Positions 28,735-39,042 are shown, counted from the first letter of the stretch. The stretch is 57,913 bases of DNA from an uncultured Armatimonadia bacterium (GCA_964617715.1 CAZTZN010000008.1:1-57913), one strand, 5' to 3'. Numbers and translations are program-made. Notes: generated by a model not told the origin, from the sequence alone.

Positions 28735-30180
28735 ATGTCGGACGACAACAGCACGCGGACGCTGGACCGGCTCGCGGACCGGCTCCCGCCTCAGGACCTG
28801 GAGGCGGAGCAGGCGACACTCGGAGCCATGCTCATCGACCCCGAGGCCGTCAGCCGGGCCATGGCCATCGTCTCCGAGGAGGACTTCTACCGCGAGGCCC
28901 ATCGCGAGATCTGCTCCGCCATCCGGATGGTCGAGGATAGCGGTGATCCGATTGACGTGGTGACCGTCGGCGCGGAGCTGCGCCGCCGGGGCAAGTTGGC
29001 GGCGGTGGGTGGCGCCGAGTACCTGACCGCACTTATCGGCGAGGTCCCCACCAGCGCCCACGTCATCCGCTACGCCACCATCGTTCACGAGAAGGCGGTG
29101 TTGCGCCAGCTCATCAAGGCCGGCGCGGAGATCCAGGCCGCCGCCTACGACAACCCCGACGACGTGCAGACCGCGCTGTCCGAATCTGAGCAGCGCATCT
29201 TCCAGATCGCCCAGCAGCGCGTCGCCAGGGACTACGAGCACATCGGCCCGCTGGTCGAGGAGACCTTCCAGCATCTCAACCAGGCCTTTCACAAGCCCGG
29301 CCACATCACCGGCATCGCCACCGGCCTTAAAGAGTTCGACGAGATGACCTCGGGCCTGCAAAATGGCAGCCTGGTCATCATCGCCGGACGCCCGTCGATG
29401 GGCAAGACGTCCCTGATGATCAACAACCTGACAATGCACGCCGCGCTGCGCAACACCCCTCCGGTGCCGGTCGGAGTGTTCAGCCTCGAGATGTCCAGCG
29501 CCCAGCTCGCCGAGATGCTGCTGTGCGGGCGCGCGCGGGTCAACTCCTGGCGGCTGCGCGTGGGCAAAATGCGCGGCGACGACTGGGACCGCATCGGCCA
29601 CGCGCTGCAGGACCTGGTGTCTGCGCCCATCTATATCGACGACACGCCGGCGATCTCGATCATGGAGCTGCGCTCCAAGGCGCGGCGTATGAGATCGCAG
29701 CACGGTATCGGCATGATCTGCGTGGACTACCTTCAGCTCGCCACCACCGGGCGCGCCAACATCGAGAACCGCCATCAGGAGATCGGCGAGGTGGCGCGAG
29801 CCATGAAGGCCATGGCGCGTGAGCTGGACGTGCCCGTGGTCATCGGCTCACAGCTCTCGCGCAATGTCGAGCGGCGTGAGGACAAGCGCCCGATCCTCTC
29901 CGACCTCGCTGAGTCAGGCTCCATTGAGGCCGAGGCGGACGTGGTGTGCTTCCTCTACCGGGAGAGCTACTACGAGCGCAAGAAGGCCGCCGAGGAAGTC
30001 CAGGCCGAGGCGGAGGCACAGGTCAAAAGCAGCACCCCCCCGGGCGACGAAATCGACGTCGCCGAGCTGATCATCGCCAAGCATCGCAACGGCCCGGTGG
30101 GTACCATCAAGCTCGCCTTCAACCAGAACTCGCGCATCTTCGACAACATCGATCCCTTCCGCACCGCAGAGGAGTACTGA
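28735..30180 (+). CDS. dnaB: Replicative DNA helicase
   Basis: PPQDLEAEQATLG, AGRPSMGKT, FSLEMS, VDYLQL, SQLSR, LSDLAESGSIE, IAKHRNGP; no intein-sized insert. Confidence 0.97.
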   Translation: MSDDNSTRTLDRLADRLPPQDLEAEQATLGAMLIDPEAVSRAMAIVSEEDFYREAHREICSAIRMVEDSGDPIDVVTVGAELRRRGKLAAVGGAEYLTALIGEVPTSAHVIRYATIVHEKAVLRQLIKAGAEIQAAAYDNPDDVQTALSESEQRIFQIAQQRVARDYEHIGPLVEETFQHLNQAFHKPGHITGIATGLKEFDEMTSGLQNGSLVIIAGRPSMGKTSLMINNLTMHAALRNTPPVPVGVFSLEMSSAQLAEMLLCGRARVNSWRLRVGKMRGDDWDRIGHALQDLVSAPIYIDDTPAISIMELRSKARRMRSQHGIGMICVDYLQLATTGRANIENRHQEIGEVARAMKAMARELDVPVVIGSQLSRNVERREDKRPILSDLAESGSIEAEADVVCFLYRESYYERKKAAEEVQAEAEAQVKSSTPPGDEIDVAELIIAKHRNGPVGTIKLAFNQNSRIFDNIDPFRTAEEY

Positions 30181-31454
30181 TGAGGATTCTGGTCGTCGGT
30201 TCCGGCGGACGCGAGCACGCCCTCACGTGGAAGATCGCGCAAAGCCCGTTGTGCGATGCGCTCTTCTGCGCCCCCGGCAACGGTGGCATCTCGCGCGTGG
30301 CCGAATGTGTGCCCATCGGCGTCGAGGACATCGAAGCCCTGGGTGACTTCGCCGAGCGCGAGAAGATCGACCTGACCGTGGTGGGGCCCGAGCAGCCGCT
30401 GATCATCGGCATCGTGGATCACTTCCGCAGCCGCGGGCTGTCCATCTACGGGCCAACCGCCGCCGCCGCGCGCCTCGAGGGCAGCAAGTCCTTCACCAAC
30501 GAGCTGGTCGAACGGGCGGGTGTGACCGGCAAGCGTTTCCGCGTGTTCGACAGCCCCGCTGAGGCCCGGCGCTACGTGCGCGAGCAGGGCGCGCCCATCG
30601 TGGTCAAGGCCGACGGCCAGGCCGCGGGCAAGGGCGTTACCGTGGCCGAGACCGTCGAGGAGGCCGTGGAGGCCATCGACCGCTGCATGGTCGAGAGGGC
30701 TTTCGGGCAGGCGGGCGAGCGCGTGGTCATCGAGGAGTGCCTCGTTGGCCAGGAGTGCTCCATCAAGGTCTTCACCGACGGCAAAGCCGTGGTGCCGATG
30801 GTGCCCTCACAGGACTACAAGCGCATCTACGACGGCGACGAGGGCCCCAATACCGGCGGCATGGGCTGCTACAGCCCGGTGCCCGCCGTGACCCCGGAGG
30901 TCTTCGACCAGGTTGTTGAGGAGATGATCCGCCCGACCATCGCCCAGATGGCCAAAGAGGGCAATCCCTACGCAGGCACACTCTACGCCGGCGTCATCCT
31001 CACCGCCGATGGCCCGCGGTTGCTGGAGTACAACTGTCGTTTCGGTGACCCCGAGACCCAGGTGGTGTTGCCCCGGCTCGACAGCGACCTGGTCGAGATC
31101 CTGATGGCGACCGTCGAGGGCCGCCTCGACACGATCGACGTACGCTGGCGTGATGAGTGCGCCGTATGCGTGGTATGCGCCTCCGGCGGTTACCCGGGCA
31201 GCTATGAGAGAGGCAAGGAGATCACCGGCCTGAGCGCCGCCACCGAGGACGAGAACGTGATCATCTTCCACGCCGGCACCAAGCGCATTGGCAGACGTTT
31301 CCTTACCGACGGGGGACGCGTACTGGCCGTCACCGCCCTCGGGGCTACCTACCGTGAGGCCCGCGACCGCGCCTACAACGCGGTCGGCAGCATTGACTTT
31401 GAGGGCATGTTCTTCCGCACCGACATCGCCGAGCGCGCGATCGACAATGAGTGA
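30180..31454 (+). CDS. purD: Phosphoribosylamine-glycine ligase
   Basis: MRILVVGSGGREHAL, APGNGG, VVKADGQAAGKGV, GPNTGGMG, EYNCRFGDPETQ. Confidence 0.97.
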   Translation: MRILVVGSGGREHALTWKIAQSPLCDALFCAPGNGGISRVAECVPIGVEDIEALGDFAEREKIDLTVVGPEQPLIIGIVDHFRSRGLSIYGPTAAAARLEGSKSFTNELVERAGVTGKRFRVFDSPAEARRYVREQGAPIVVKADGQAAGKGVTVAETVEEAVEAIDRCMVERAFGQAGERVVIEECLVGQECSIKVFTDGKAVVPMVPSQDYKRIYDGDEGPNTGGMGCYSPVPAVTPEVFDQVVEEMIRPTIAQMAKEGNPYAGTLYAGVILTADGPRLLEYNCRFGDPETQVVLPRLDSDLVEILMATVEGRLDTIDVRWRDECAVCVVCASGGYPGSYERGKEITGLSAATEDENVIIFHAGTKRIGRRFLTDGGRVLAVTALGATYREARDRAYNAVGSIDFEGMFFRTDIAERAIDNE

Positions 31455-31962
31455 TGACATGAGCGCACAGGCTCCCGTGGCAGGCGTCGTGATGGGCAGC
31501 ACGTCCGACCTCGAGGTCATGCGCAAGTGCACCGACCTGCTGACGGAACTGGGCATCGCACATGAGCTGCGCGTCATGTCGGCCCACCGCACTCCAGAGG
31601 CGGTGGCGGCGTGGGCGTCCGAGGCGGCCGAACGCGGACTGAAGGTGCTGATTGCCGGAGCAGGCGCGGCGGCAGCGCTGCCCGGGGTGGTGGCGGCGCA
31701 CACCCATCTGCCGGTTATCGGCGTGCCCATCAATGCCACCGCACTGCGCGGCGTGGATGCGCTCTACGCCATTGTGCAGATGCCTTCGGGAGTGCCCGTG
31801 GCGACGGTGGGGATTGATGGCGCGAAGAATGCCGCGGTGCTGGCGGCGCGTATCCTGGCGCTCCAGGACAGCGCGCTGGCTCAGCGGCTGGAGGCCATGA
31901 GCAACGAAAGTCGTGCCCGGATCGAAGCCGCCGATCGGCGCGTGCACGAGGAGGCACAATGA
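31447..31962 (+). CDS. purE: N5-CAIR mutase / AIR carboxylase
   Basis: VMGSTSDL, SAHRTPE, LPGVVAA..PVIGVP, IVQMPSGVPVATV. Confidence 0.96.
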   Translation: MSDDMSAQAPVAGVVMGSTSDLEVMRKCTDLLTELGIAHELRVMSAHRTPEAVAAWASEAAERGLKVLIAGAGAAAALPGVVAAHTHLPVIGVPINATALRGVDALYAIVQMPSGVPVATVGIDGAKNAAVLAARILALQDSALAQRLEAMSNESRARIEAADRRVHEEAQ

Positions 31963-33431
31963 ACCGGTCGCAGGGCTGCGACGACTGCGTTTACTGCCAC
32001 CACGACGTGGACCCTGCCTGGCGCGACGCCTGCGGCGTCTTCGGCCTTCAGGCGCCGGGTACCGACGACCTGTCGCGCCTGTGCTACTTCGGACTGTTCG
32101 CGCTCCAGCACCGCGGGCAGGAAAGCGCCGGGATCGCCGTCGGAGGGCCCGGCGGCATCCACGTGCACACCGGCATGGGCCTCGCCACCCAGGTCTTCGA
32201 TGATGCCGACCTCGCGCGCCTGCAGGGCAATACCGCTCTGGGTCATGTGCGCTACTCCACGATGGGCTCCAATGTGATCGAAAACGCGCAACCCTTCGTA
32301 GCCGAGCACCGCAGCGGCCCTATCGCCGTCGCCCACAACGGCAACCTGGTCAATGCCCGCGCACTGCGCGACGAGCTGGAGGCGCAGGGCGTCCGGTTCG
32401 AGGCCACCAGTGACACCGAGGTGCTGACCCACCTGATCGCCCGTTCCGGCGAACGCCGCATCGAAGACGCCGTGGCTGCGGCCATGCACAAGATGGAGGG
32501 CGCGTACTCGCTGGGCATCATCACCCCCGACCGACTGCTGGCGGTGCGCGATCCCCATGGGGTGCGGCCACTGTGCGTGGGGCGCCTCAACGGCCACCAG
32601 TGGGTCATCGCCTCGGAGACCTGCGCCCTGGCGGTCATCGGCGCCGACTACGTGCGCGAGGTCGAGCCGGGCGAGATCGTGAGCTTCGCGGGCGGCGAGA
32701 TGCAGTCCATCCAGGTGGTGCAGGCGGAGCGCAAGGCCTGCTGCATCTTCGAGTTCATCTATTTCGCCCGCCCCGACAGCCACATCTACGGCCGCTCCAT
32801 CTACCAGTCGCGCGTGCGCATGGGACACATGCTCGCCAAGCAGGCGCCGGTCGAGGCCGACATGGTCATGGGTGTGCCTGAGACCGGCATCCCCCACGCC
32901 GTCGGCTTCGCCGAAGTCTCCGGCATCCCGTTCGGCGAGGGCTTCATCAAGAACCGCTACATCCACCGCACGTTCATCAAGCCCAGCCAGCGCATGAGGT
33001 CGTTGGGGGTGCGCATGAAGCTTACCCCCCTGCGCGAGGCCATCGCGGGGAAACGTATCGTCGTGGTGGACGACTCGATCGTGCGCGGCACCACCACCGG
33101 CCCGGAGATCGAGCTGCTGCGCGAGGCCGGGGCGCGCGAGATCCACCTGCGCATCTCGTGCCCGCCCATCAAGTATCCGTGCTTCTACGGCATCGACACG
33201 TCGGCCGGGCGTTCCGAGCTGATTGCGGCCCGCCTGAGCAAGGAGAAGATCCGCGAGCACATCGGAGCGGACACGCTCGAGTTCCTCAGCCTGCCCAACC
33301 TCGTCAAGGCGGTCGGCCTGCCCCGCGCCAACTTCTGCACCGCCTGCTTCGACAATCGCTACCCGATCGTCGTCCCCGAGCATTTGCGCATCACCAAGTT
33401 CGATCTCGAAGAAGCGCCGGCCGGGAGCTGA
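31959..33431 (+). CDS. purF: Amidophosphoribosyltransferase
   Basis: [39 protein letters not shown]; Fe-S ligand motifs CIFE, PCFYGID, FCTACF. Confidence 0.97.
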   Translation: MNRSQGCDDCVYCHHDVDPAWRDACGVFGLQAPGTDDLSRLCYFGLFALQHRGQESAGIAVGGPGGIHVHTGMGLATQVFDDADLARLQGNTALGHVRYSTMGSNVIENAQPFVAEHRSGPIAVAHNGNLVNARALRDELEAQGVRFEATSDTEVLTHLIARSGERRIEDAVAAAMHKMEGAYSLGIITPDRLLAVRDPHGVRPLCVGRLNGHQWVIASETCALAVIGADYVREVEPGEIVSFAGGEMQSIQVVQAERKACCIFEFIYFARPDSHIYGRSIYQSRVRMGHMLAKQAPVEADMVMGVPETGIPHAVGFAEVSGIPFGEGFIKNRYIHRTFIKPSQRMRSLGVRMKLTPLREAIAGKRIVVVDDSIVRGTTTGPEIELLREAGAREIHLRISCPPIKYPCFYGIDTSAGRSELIAARLSKEKIREHIGADTLEFLSLPNLVKAVGLPRANFCTACFDNRYPIVVPEHLRITKFDLEEAPAGS

Positions 33432-33454
33432 CCCCGCCCCAGGGAGGGATCGCG

Positions 33455-34492
33455 ATGGACCAGGGCCCGACGTACCGGGATGCCGGCGTGGACATAGACG
33501 CCGGCGAGCGCGCGGTTGAGCTGATGAAGCGCGCTGTGCGCTCCACATACACCCCCGGTGTCATCAGCGGCCTCGCCGATTTCGGAGGCATGGTCCGCAT
33601 CGGCGGCGGCTGGCAGGACCCCGTGCTGGTCGCCGGCACCGATTCGGTCGGCACCAAGCTCAAGATCGCCTTCGCTCTCGGGCGTCACGATACCATCGGT
33701 CTTGATTGCGTCGCCATGTGCGTGGACGACATCGTCTGCCAGGGCGCCACTCCGCTGCTGTTCCTCGACTATGTCGGCATCGGCAGGCTCGTGCCGGAAA
33801 TCGTGGCGGAGATCGTCGAGGGCGTGGCCGCAGGCTGCCGTATTGCCGGCTGCGCGCTGCTGGGCGGCGAGACCGCCGAACTCCCCGGCATGTACGCCCC
33901 CGGCGAGTACGATCTGGTGGGCTTTGCAGTGGGGGCGGTAGAGCGCCGCCAGCTCGTGGAGGGTTCGCAGGTCGCGGCCGGAGATGTGCTGATCGGCCTG
34001 CCCTCGTCGGGTCTGCATAGCAACGGCTACTCGCTGGCGCGCTACGTGCTGCTCGACAGCGCCGGGATGGCCCTGGACGCCGACGTCGAAGAGCTGGGCC
34101 GGACGCTGGGTGAGGAGTTGCTCGAGCCTACGCGCATCTACGCGGCCTCGCTGGTCAAGCTCTTCCGCAGCGGTGTGCTCCCCAGGGCGATCGCGCACAT
34201 CACCGGCGGCGGCATCGGCGGTAACGTCGCGCGCGGCATCCCCGACGGGCTGACCGCGCGGATCGATATGCGCAGCTTCGCGCGCCCACCCATCTTCGAC
34301 CTGATCCAGCGCACCGGCGACGTGGCCGAGGCCGAAATGCGCCGCACGTTCAATCTGGGGCTCGGGATGGTGCTGGTCATGGCGGAGGCCGACGCCCACC
34401 GGGCCATCGAGGTGCTGCGCAGCGCCGACGAGGAGCCGCTGATCGTGGGCGAAGTCTCCGAGGGCGGCGAGGGTGGCTGCGTGCTGGAGTAG
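33455..34492 (+). CDS. purM: Phosphoribosylformylglycinamidine cyclo-ligase
   Basis: [48 protein letters not shown]. Confidence 0.97.
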   Translation: MDQGPTYRDAGVDIDAGERAVELMKRAVRSTYTPGVISGLADFGGMVRIGGGWQDPVLVAGTDSVGTKLKIAFALGRHDTIGLDCVAMCVDDIVCQGATPLLFLDYVGIGRLVPEIVAEIVEGVAAGCRIAGCALLGGETAELPGMYAPGEYDLVGFAVGAVERRQLVEGSQVAAGDVLIGLPSSGLHSNGYSLARYVLLDSAGMALDADVEELGRTLGEELLEPTRIYAASLVKLFRSGVLPRAIAHITGGGIGGNVARGIPDGLTARIDMRSFARPPIFDLIQRTGDVAEAEMRRTFNLGLGMVLVMAEADAHRAIEVLRSADEEPLIVGEVSEGGEGGCVLE

Positions 34493-34638
34493 CGTCTGCC
34501 AACAGCTTGTGCAGATGTGGGCGTCGGCACTACCTCACGGACCGTCGTCAGCTTCTCGGGGCACGCCTTGACATGACAGGCGCCCGCGCCCGTCATGCCG
34601 CCCTCACTCGAACTCACGCGCGTCGGCGCCGGGGCGAG

Positions 34639-36282
34639 TCAGGCGGAGCTTGCGGCCTCCGCGGCTGCGACGGACAGGCGCACCGTCACCGTAGTGCCCT
34701 CGCCTACGCGGCTGTCGATCTCGATGGTGCCACCGTGCTCATCCTCAACGATGCGGCGGCATGAGAACAGCCCCATCCCGGTACCCGTCTCCTTCGTCGT
34801 GAAGAACGGCTCGAACAGCCGTGTCTGCAGCTCGGGCGGAATGCCCGGACCGGTGTCCGCCACTGAGACCGCGACCTCATCCCCGTCGCGCTCCGTCTTG
34901 ATGGTCAGCGTCCGCGGCTCGCTCTCCATCGCCTCGATGGCGTTCAGGCACAGGTTGAGGATCACGCGGTCAAGCTGCGTGGGGATCGCCCGGACGGGAG
35001 GCAGGTCTTCGGCCAGGTCCAGCTTGATCTCCACACCCTCGTGTTGCAGCTCGGTGCGGATCAGTGACAGCGCACCGTCCACCACCTCGTTCAGGTCGGT
35101 GGGCTCCATCTCGAGGCCCTCGGGCCGCGCGAACGACTTGAGGCGCTCGACCAGCGCCAGCAGCCGCTGGAGCTGACGCTCAAGCGAGGTCTGGGTGAAC
35201 TCATCCAATTCCCCCCGGTCGAGGGCCAGGTCCACGAGCGTAACCATCGGTGACACCGCGTTCGCCATGTCGTGCGCGATGGTCGCCGACAGCGTGCCGA
35301 TCGTGGACAGCTTTTCGGTGCGCACCATGTGTTCCTGGGCGTTCTTGAGTTCCTCGTACGCCGCCTTGAGTTCGGTGTAAAGCCGCGCGTTCTCGATGGC
35401 AATCGCCGCCTGCGAGGCGATCGAACTCACCATCTCCGCGTCGCCCCGGTCGAAGACGTGCGTCGCGGCGGTGGTGTCAAGGAAGATCACACCCAGCACC
35501 TCACCCGCCCGCAGCAGCGGCGCGCAGATGGCCGAACGGATCTGCAGATCGCGCACCGACTCCATGTCGCCGAAGCGCTCGTCCGCCAGCGCGTCCGACA
35601 ACAGCAGCGTGGCATGGTCATCCATCGCGCGGTCGATGATGCTGCGGCTGATCGCCAGCTCTTCGGGCCCTTCACCCACCGGCCAGACGGCGCGTGGCTC
35701 CAACTCCCCGGTCTCCTCATTGCGCAGCAGCAGGAAGGCGCGCTCAGCCGGCACGACGCGCATGATTGAGCGCAGCAACTCGCCGAGCAACTCATCGCGA
35801 TCCAGGGTGCTTCCCAACACCGCGCCGACGTCGCGCAGCACTTCCAGTCGCCGCGCCAGCTCCTCGGCGTCCAGCGTCCGATCCACGTCTATGCCCGGCT
35901 GCACCGACAGCACTATGCTGTTGGCGGCGCGAACGCCGGCATCCTCATCATAGAGCACGACCGCCTCCGCAGCGGCCGCCTCCGGCGCGGGCTCCGCCTC
36001 GAGCCGCAGCCATGTGCGCCCGGCGCGGAAGCTGTCGCCGGGACTGAGCGGCGTGGGAGCGTGGATACGCCGCCGCCCCACGAAGGTGCCGTTGGTGCTG
36101 TCCAGGTCTTCGAGCAGCCAGGTGCCCTCAGGCCCGTCGGTAAGCTGAGCGTGGAAGCGTGAGATGCGCGGGTCCAGAGGCAGCACCACATCGTTCTCGG
36201 CCTTGCGCCCCACAGTCACCACGTCGCCAGTCAGATCGAACTCGTAACCGGCCATCTCCCCGTTCATCACGCGCAACTTCAC
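34639..36282 (-). CDS. FHA-GAF sensor histidine kinase
   Basis: FHA (VGR..ISRFHA..DLDSTNGT); GAF (SAICAPL..LGVIFLD..IAIENA); H-box AHDMAN, N-box NLCLNAIEA, DTGPGI, FEPFFTTK, GTGMGL. Confidence 0.92.
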   Translation of the reverse strand: MKLRVMNGEMAGYEFDLTGDVVTVGRKAENDVVLPLDPRISRFHAQLTDGPEGTWLLEDLDSTNGTFVGRRRIHAPTPLSPGDSFRAGRTWLRLEAEPAPEAAAAEAVVLYDEDAGVRAANSIVLSVQPGIDVDRTLDAEELARRLEVLRDVGAVLGSTLDRDELLGELLRSIMRVVPAERAFLLLRNEETGELEPRAVWPVGEGPEELAISRSIIDRAMDDHATLLLSDALADERFGDMESVRDLQIRSAICAPLLRAGEVLGVIFLDTTAATHVFDRGDAEMVSSIASQAAIAIENARLYTELKAAYEELKNAQEHMVRTEKLSTIGTLSATIAHDMANAVSPMVTLVDLALDRGELDEFTQTSLERQLQRLLALVERLKSFARPEGLEMEPTDLNEVVDGALSLIRTELQHEGVEIKLDLAEDLPPVRAIPTQLDRVILNLCLNAIEAMESEPRTLTIKTERDGDEVAVSVADTGPGIPPELQTRLFEPFFTTKETGTGMGLFSCRRIVEDEHGGTIEIDSRVGEGTTVTVRLSVAAAEAASSA

Positions 36283-36392
36283 GGCAGGTCACCCCGTCAA
36301 GAGATCATCACGAGAAAATGTGGTTGGGCTTCAAGTGTATATCAGGCGTGCAGACCGCGCAAGCCGGCCAGCGATGCCCTCGCGCGCCCGCG

Positions 36393-37598
36393 TCAGTCCA
36401 CGGCGGCACGCGCGAAGAACTCCTCGAGGCCCTCGGTGAGCGCCAGTGCCGCGTCCGTCACGAAGGCGTCGCTGCGCAGGCGCTGCTCCTCGGTGGGGTT
36501 GCTGACGTAGGCGCACTCCACCAGCACTCGGGGCACATCGCCCGCCCGGAGCACGTAGAACGGCCGCCAGGAGATGAAGCGGTTACGCGTGTGCAGTCGG
36601 GCGCACAGGGCGTTCTGCAGCAGCCGCGCGGGCAACGCGCTCATCGGCGTCCAGTAGTACGTCTCGGTCCCGTAGGCGCCGCCCGGATTGCCCGAGCCGA
36701 CCGCGTTGTTGTGTATCGACAGAAAGAAGTCCGCGTCGGACTGCTCGCTCGCCGACAGCCGTGCCTCCAGCTCACCGCGTGTGCCCACGCCCGTGGGCCC
36801 GACCGACCGGTCACTCTCGCGCAGCACGCGCACAGTCGCGCCGCGCTCGCGCAGGTTGGCGGCAAGCTGCATGGCGATGCGCAGGTTCACGTCCTTCTCG
36901 CGCAGCCCCGACGGCCCCACCGCACCGCTATCCCCTCCCCCATGCCCCGGATCGAGCACAATCACCTTGCCCGCCACCGATGCGCCCTCATAGGGTCGGC
37001 GCACCAGGAACTGGAACTGCCCCTCGTGCTGGCTGACGCGCCACCCGCGCTGCTGAGCGAAGGTCAGATCGAAGCTGAGCTGTGCCCAGCCGTCGGCGAT
37101 CTGCTCGGCGGTGATCGACCAGAAGCAGCGGTCGGACGGAAACTGGCGCACGCCGTAGCGCGCCAGCGCGACGCCGAACAGATCGAGAATCAGTCGCGGC
37201 GGCGACACCTGCTGGCGCACGCGAAAGGCAACGGGACGGGCCACGTGGATCGTCGTCAGGCTGCCCGACTCGATCCCCTGCACCGAGATATCGCGCACCG
37301 GCACGATCGGCGGGCGCGGGATTGACCGGTCGAGCGGGCGCACATGGTCCTCGGCCACCCATGCGGTCAGTGTCGGAGCCAGCGGCACGCGGTAGAAGCC
37401 GTTGACGAAATCGTCAGCCCAGAGCCGGATGCCCGGCGGGAGAACCGTGATGCGGTTGTGCTGCACGCTGGGACCGGTACGCAGGTCGGTGCGTGGCTCG
37501 GTGGTGAGCACCGTGCGCGCCGCATGGCCGGGCGAGGCGACGGTGATCACGCCCGCCACGGTCGCCGCCAGCGTAAGCACGAGCACGCGGCGACTCAT
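36393..37598 (-). CDS. N-acetylmuramoyl-L-alanine amidase (SH3-like + AMIN-like + Amidase_3)
   Basis: LRTGPS SH3b-like; IVLDPGHGG, EKDVNL, FLSIHNN, GTETYY, VLVECAYVSN. Confidence 0.92.
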   Translation of the reverse strand: MSRRVLVLTLAATVAGVITVASPGHAARTVLTTEPRTDLRTGPSVQHNRITVLPPGIRLWADDFVNGFYRVPLAPTLTAWVAEDHVRPLDRSIPRPPIVPVRDISVQGIESGSLTTIHVARPVAFRVRQQVSPPRLILDLFGVALARYGVRQFPSDRCFWSITAEQIADGWAQLSFDLTFAQQRGWRVSQHEGQFQFLVRRPYEGASVAGKVIVLDPGHGGGDSGAVGPSGLREKDVNLRIAMQLAANLRERGATVRVLRESDRSVGPTGVGTRGELEARLSASEQSDADFFLSIHNNAVGSGNPGGAYGTETYYWTPMSALPARLLQNALCARLHTRNRFISWRPFYVLRAGDVPRVLVECAYVSNPTEEQRLRSDAFVTDAALALTEGLEEFFARAAVD

Positions 37599-37603
37599 CA
37601 CGA

Positions 37604-37632
37604 TTGACAGGCCGCGTGGTAAGGCATATGCT
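37604..37632 (+). promoter_or_regulatory. Sigma70 promoter for the prepilin-like gene
   Basis: TTGACA-17 nt-TATGCT. Confidence 0.6.
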
Positions 37633-37678
37633 GATCCCGCTCTCATCGTGTGCTATCTGACGCGAAAGGGTGGTCACG

Positions 37679-38221
37679 ATGTTCAGATCACGCGGACGGC
37701 GCCGGGGCTTCACGGCCGCTGAAGTGCTGGCGGTCACCGGCATCCTCACCAGCCTCGGCGGTGGCTCCTTCATCAACGTCACCGAGCAGGCGCACCGCAC
37801 CACCTGCCAGCAGCACCTGCATCAGATCGGCCTGGCCATCCAGATGCGCACCATGATGGACGAGCCGCTGCCACGCGCCTGGTTCTATCCGCCCGATCCG
37901 CCCCACCCGAATCGTATGACCTACCATCTCGCGCACGTGATGGCCGGTGAGGTGCCGGCGAGCATGTTCATCTGCCCCTCCGCGCCCTCGGCCATCCAGC
38001 GGCGCGGCATCTGCTACGTCTACAACAGCAACGTCGGGGGGAAGAGCATCGACGAGATCCCCAACCCATCGCAGACGTGGCTGATGATGGACGTCAACGT
38101 GGTGAGCGACCAGGTGCCCCCGGCCCACAACGGCGGGTGCAATGTCCTCTTTGTTGACGGCCACGTCAAGTGGTACCCGGCCAACCAGCTCCCCAGGTTC
38201 GAGCTGCCGACTCAAGGGTAG
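37679..38221 (+). CDS. Prepilin-type / H-X9-DG domain protein
   Basis: RRRG|FTAAE, TCQQHLHQIGLA, FICPS, HNGGCNVLFVDGHVKW. Confidence 0.85.
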   Translation: MFRSRGRRRGFTAAEVLAVTGILTSLGGGSFINVTEQAHRTTCQQHLHQIGLAIQMRTMMDEPLPRAWFYPPDPPHPNRMTYHLAHVMAGEVPASMFICPSAPSAIQRRGICYVYNSNVGGKSIDEIPNPSQTWLMMDVNVVSDQVPPAHNGGCNVLFVDGHVKWYPANQLPRFELPTQG

Positions 38222-38232
38222 GCGCAGCCGCC

Positions 38233-39042
38233 TCAGGTACGCGTCTCATCCATGCTTCCCGAGCGGAAGCCGACCAAGTCCAGCGTGATGTAGACGTAGC
38301 CGAACTCACGCAGGCCCGCCACCACCCGCGCGCGCACGGACTCCTCGGCCAGGCGCGCGATCTCCCCGGCCGGCACCTCGATGCGCGCGATCTCCCCGTG
38401 ATCACGCACCCGCAACGCCCGAAAGCCCAGCTCGCGCAGCAGGTCTTCGGCGCGCTCGATGCGCCCCAGCCGCTCCTCAGTCAGCTCCTCGCCGTAGGGA
38501 ATGCGCGTGGCCAGGCAGGCCATCGGCGGATCGTCCCAGGTGGGCAGCCCCCGGCGCTTCGACAGCTTCCGTACTTCGGCCTTGCTCAGCCCGGCCTCAG
38601 CGAGCGGCGCGCGCGCCCCCGCCTCACGCGCCGCTCGCGATCCCGGCCGGTGCGTCCCGGCATCGTCGATCTGCTCACCGTGTGCGATCCACGGCAGGTC
38701 TTCGATCCGCGCGATGTCCGCCAGCGCAGTCATCAGGCGGCGCTTGCAATGGTAGCACCGATCCGGCCGGTTGGCGCGCACCGCTGGCTCTTCAAGCTGC
38801 GCGCCGTCGATGACCAGGTGCTTCACGCCCGCGCGCCGGGCAATCTCCTGCGCACGTCGCACCTCGATCGCCGGGAAGAGCGGCCCCCGCGCGGTTACCG
38901 CCACTGTGCGTTCGCCCAGCACCTCCGCCGCCACATCCACCAGAAGTGAGCTGTCCACACCTCCCGACAGCGCCACCAGCACCCCGCCCATCTCGCGCAG
39001 GACCTCGCGCAGCCGCTCCAGCTTGTCATCAATCTCGGCCAT
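38233..39042 (-). CDS. larE: ATP-dependent sulfur transferase LarE
   Basis: PP-loop ALSGGVDSS, NRPDRCYHCK, HRPG, ACLATRIPYGE, RVRDHG, GFRSGSM. Confidence 0.9.
   Translation of the reverse strand: MAEIDDKLERLREVLREMGGVLVALSGGVDSSLLVDVAAEVLGERTVAVTARGPLFPAIEVRRAQEIARRAGVKHLVIDGAQLEEPAVRANRPDRCYHCKRRLMTALADIARIEDLPWIAHGEQIDDAGTHRPGSRAAREAGARAPLAEAGLSKAEVRKLSKRRGLPTWDDPPMACLATRIPYGEELTEERLGRIERAEDLLRELGFRALRVRDHGEIARIEVPAGEIARLAEESVRARVVAGLREFGYVYITLDLVGFRSGSMDETRT

Noticed and set aside
28735-30180. Intein in DnaB or NrdD (common hosts)
   Set aside because: Both proteins are of normal or short length with contiguous motifs and no intein-sized insert.
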